Shown here one piece after another: positions 61,900 to 64,000 of a DNA stretch of 64,000 nt (within the stretch, counting starts at the first letter, position 1; each line of letters opens with the position of its first letter). Below the pieces are notes generated by a model that worked only from the letters and a program-made list of their open reading frames with translations, made no database searches and was not told the DNA's origin. The stretch comes from Pseudohongiellaceae bacterium (GTDB lineage Bacteria > Pseudomonadota > Gammaproteobacteria > Pseudomonadales > Pseudohongiellaceae), in contig CBFICR010000011.1 of the NCBI GenBank assembly GCA_965661105.1, forward strand, positions 569-64,568. Reading direction: 5' to 3'. A program made the translations under genes and the position numbers.

Positions 61900-62021
61900 G
61901 TCACTATATAACCTGTTTTAGATAAGCGGAAAGATAACCGGGATAACCACAGGGGCAGGGTGCTGGCCTCTTTACCCGGTATGTACCATTTATATGCCCG
62001 AACTTCTCATTCTCCGGTACA

Positions 62022-62588
62022 ATGCCTGTCATGAATCTGGCCAACTTTATGACATTACTGCGCATACTTGCCATTCCGGTATTTATCGCTGTCTATTACG
62101 CTAATTTCCAGGGCCACTACCTGGCCTCTTCGCTGATATTTATTCTTGCCTGTGTCACGGACTGGCTCGATGGATATCTGGCTCGAAAGCTGGATCAATG
62201 CACGCCTTTCGGTGCTTTTCTTGACCCGGTTGCCGACAAAATATTGGTTACTGTCGCACTGGTGATGCTGGCCGCCAATTATGCCAGCCCCTGGTTTGTC
62301 ATTCCGGCGGCCATCATGGTTGCCAGAGAAATCCTTATCTCTGCATTAAGGGAGTGGATGGCCGAGAATAATCAGCGCAATGTCGTCGCTGTTGGCTATC
62401 TGGGCAAGGTCAAAACTACTGTGCAGATGATCGCAATAATAGTCCTACTGGCCAGTGATCCGAATGGTTCTTTCTGGTTCTGGGGGCTGGGATATGTGCT
62501 TATTTATGCGGCTGCCATATTGACTCTCTGGTCGATGATTCTCTACCTGAGAAGTGCCTGGCCAATACTTGCATCAGAACTCAAGTAA
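62022..62588 (+). CDS. pgsA: CDP-diacylglycerol--glycerol-3-phosphate 3-phosphatidyltransferase
   Basis: 188 aa (alternative ATG at 62031). CDP-alcohol phosphotransferase motif DWLDGYLARK...GAFLDPVADK. uvrC-pgsA-tRNA order as in E. coli. Confidence 0.92.
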   Translation: MPVMNLANFMTLLRILAIPVFIAVYYANFQGHYLASSLIFILACVTDWLDGYLARKLDQCTPFGAFLDPVADKILVTVALVMLAANYASPWFVIPAAIMVAREILISALREWMAENNQRNVVAVGYLGKVKTTVQMIAIIVLLASDPNGSFWFWGLGYVLIYAAAILTLWSMILYLRSAWPILASELK

Positions 62589-62602
62589 GCCCCTGATTCC
62601 TC

Positions 62603-62630
62603 TTGACTTACGTGGCTGGCAGATTAGAAT
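62603..62630 (+). promoter_or_regulatory. Candidate sigma70 promoter downstream of pgsA, possibly for the tRNA operon
   Basis: TTGACT at 62603-62608, a 16-nt spacer, then TAGAAT at 62625-62630. It lies about 200 nt upstream of tRNA-Gly, so the assignment is uncertain. Confidence 0.35.
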
Positions 62631-62828
62631 AGCCACCTCTTTGAAAGCCACGGTTGAATATTGAATCGGGTAACGACTGCAGGACCTTTTTTTCAGCAGG
62701 ATTTATTGGAAAAAAGGTGTTGTGTAAGGCCAAAGAGCCTGAGCAAAGAGACAATTTGGCAATAACGTTATTCACAGCAATGTGACTCATCCACTGGATG
62801 TTTCATGAAAGGGTAGTGAATACATAAA

Positions 62829-62904
<76 letters not shown>

Positions 62905-62931
62905 AATTGCCGGATGTTTAAGTCCTTTAAA

Positions 62932-63005
62932 GGCTGGATGGCAGAGTGGTTATGCAGCGGACTGCAACTCCGTGTACGCCGGTTCGATTCCGACTCCAGC
63001 CTCCA
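62932..63005 (+). tRNA. cysT: tRNA-Cys (anticodon GCA)
   Basis: 74 nt. Acceptor GGCTGGA/TCCAGCC, anticodon loop CTGCAAC, T-loop TTCGATT, encoded CCA. 3-bp D stem as in E. coli tRNA-Cys, and one C-A mismatch in the T stem (GCCGG/CCGAC). Confidence 0.9.
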
Positions 63006-63138
63006 ATTCCCAGGGGCTTCAACTTCCAGATTGTTCTCTCAATTAAAATCGCTCAAGCGCCAAGCGTCTTACTGATGTAAATTGGAATTAGTCGTTTAAG
63101 CTGAAGCAGTTCAGCTCTTTCATGCCACTCACGTATAT

Positions 63139-63225
63139 GCCCGGGTGGCGAAATTGGTAGACGCAAGGGACTTAAAATCCCTCGAGGGAAACCTCGTGCC
63201 GGTTCAAGTCCGGCCCCGGGCACCA
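63139..63225 (+). tRNA. leuZ: tRNA-Leu (anticodon TAA), class II with a long variable arm
   Basis: 87 nt. Acceptor GCCCGGG/CCCGGGC, anticodon loop CTTAAAA, variable arm CGAGGGAAACCTCGTG, T arm GCCGG-TTCAAGT-CCGGC, encoded CCA. Confidence 0.95.
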
Positions 63226-63798
63226 TATACTTTATCGATCTCCATAATAATCACTTTTTCTAATCCCCACATACAATATTGAGAAAATGTAGGGACGAAG
63301 AATACTGGCAATGTGATCTTTCCGCCTTTGAGGCATTGTGTAATTCAACTGTCTCCCTCATTTCAGACTCTCTACTCCAAACACCAAAAATACCCGTTAC
63401 AGGCACCAGGTCATCCTTGAACAAAAAAAAATACTTGCCCGGGCAATTATGAAGATAAATGATTAACAACACTGTAAAAACGGGGTATGATTTTGGCGTA
63501 TGAGAGAAGACGAATACATGGTAAAACGCAAGGAACTGGTTTCAGGTCAGGCCAGGAAGCGTTCCAGTCTTTACCCTTTGCTGATGGGGGTGTTTGTCGT
63601 CATGATTTTGATTAATGTCGCCATGCTGACTATCAACAATATTTAATTCATTCTTTTTATAAATTTATTGCCGTTATCGCGCAGTCATTTTTTTCTTTAG
63701 GATTCCCACACATTAAATGACCCGTTTTTCTTTTCTGACGGGCATTAAGCTCGTTCTATAAATATATTTTTCTGCGGGCAGTTTTATTCCATACCAGC

Positions 63799-64000
63799 CT
63801 ATGGGCTGTTTTTTTCGGGATCTCGTTCCTGAAACAGCCGGGGATTTTTCTCGACAAAATCATTAATCCAGCGCTCCAGAAATGAGTCTGCTTCCCTGTT
63901 ATTAATATATCCCCATCCCAATATGGAAATAAATGCAGCGCCGGCCACATCCACAATCAGATCCCACATGGTGTCCTGTAAACCACTTTTCTGCATATTC
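63799..64000 (-). CDS. 3' part of a membrane-protein gene running off the window end (possibly DUF2238/YjdF-like)
   Basis: The reading frame stays open to the window edge. ...QDTMWDLIVDVAGAAFISILGWGYI... is a TM helix followed by a charged tail. The family assignment is from memory only. Confidence 0.3.
   Translation of the reverse strand, partial: NMQKSGLQDTMWDLIVDVAGAAFISILGWGYINNREADSFLERWINDFVEKNPRLFQERDPEKNSP

Noticed and set aside
63099-63116. Hairpin AGCTGAA-GCAG-TTCAGCT between tRNA-Cys and tRNA-Leu, considered as an internal terminator
   Set aside because: It lacks a proper T-run (CTTTC only). The homologous E. coli tRNAs are, as I recall, co-transcribed. It is more likely a processing-related or incidental structure.

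Overview
This window is almost entirely core gammaproteobacterial housekeeping DNA. Gene identities come from motifs read in the supplied translations and from remembered synteny; no searches or alignments were run. The gene order mixes Pseudomonas-like and enterobacterial blocks.

Gene order, left to right:
- Proteostasis block: tig (tail only), clpP, clpX, lon, hupB, ppiD.
- A peptide/Opp-type ABC importer with a lipoprotein binding protein, two permeases and a fused double ATPase.
- gloB (minus strand), a SAM-methyltransferase, rnhA, dnaQ.
- An ArsB/NhaD-family permease, then sohB.
- DUF934 and a NirA/CysI-type sulfite reductase (both minus strand), then nfuA.
- MTA/MTI phosphorylase, a CsiV-like protein and mfd (both minus strand), then a long-form GAPDH, apbE and sthA.
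- A complete 13-gene NDH-1 operon, nuoA to nuoN, with nuoC and nuoD fused.
- One lone resolvase-type serine recombinase.
- lolCDE, comEC, exbB-exbD, msbA, lpxK, ycaR, kdsB, a low-molecular-weight tyrosine phosphatase, murB, uvrC, pgsA.
- tRNA-Gly(GCC), tRNA-Cys(GCA), tRNA-Leu(TAA).

I found no CRISPR array, rRNA, IS element, prophage or recognisable defence or toxin cassette. I cannot point to a convincing new multi-gene system.

The only accessory-looking locus is the orphan, truncated serine recombinase with about 385 nt of non-coding DNA between nuoN and lolC.

Other points worth a second look:
- A partner-less ExbB/ExbD motor whose stop codon overlaps the msbA start, upstream of lpxK and kdsB.
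- A cysI-DUF934 overlapping pair with no cysJ in the window.
- A 4 x 12-bp tandem repeat in the cysI/nfuA divergent promoter region.
- A 6 x 9-bp in-frame repeat inside the CsiV-like gene.
- A 3 x 13-bp repeat plus a terminator-like hairpin between hupB and ppiD.
- N-terminal extensions on GAPDH and SthA.

Several ORF-track starts look too far upstream, and I give my preferred starts in the feature list. The long antisense ORFs inside nuoCD, nuoG, the binding-protein gene and the GAPDH gene are treated as artefacts.
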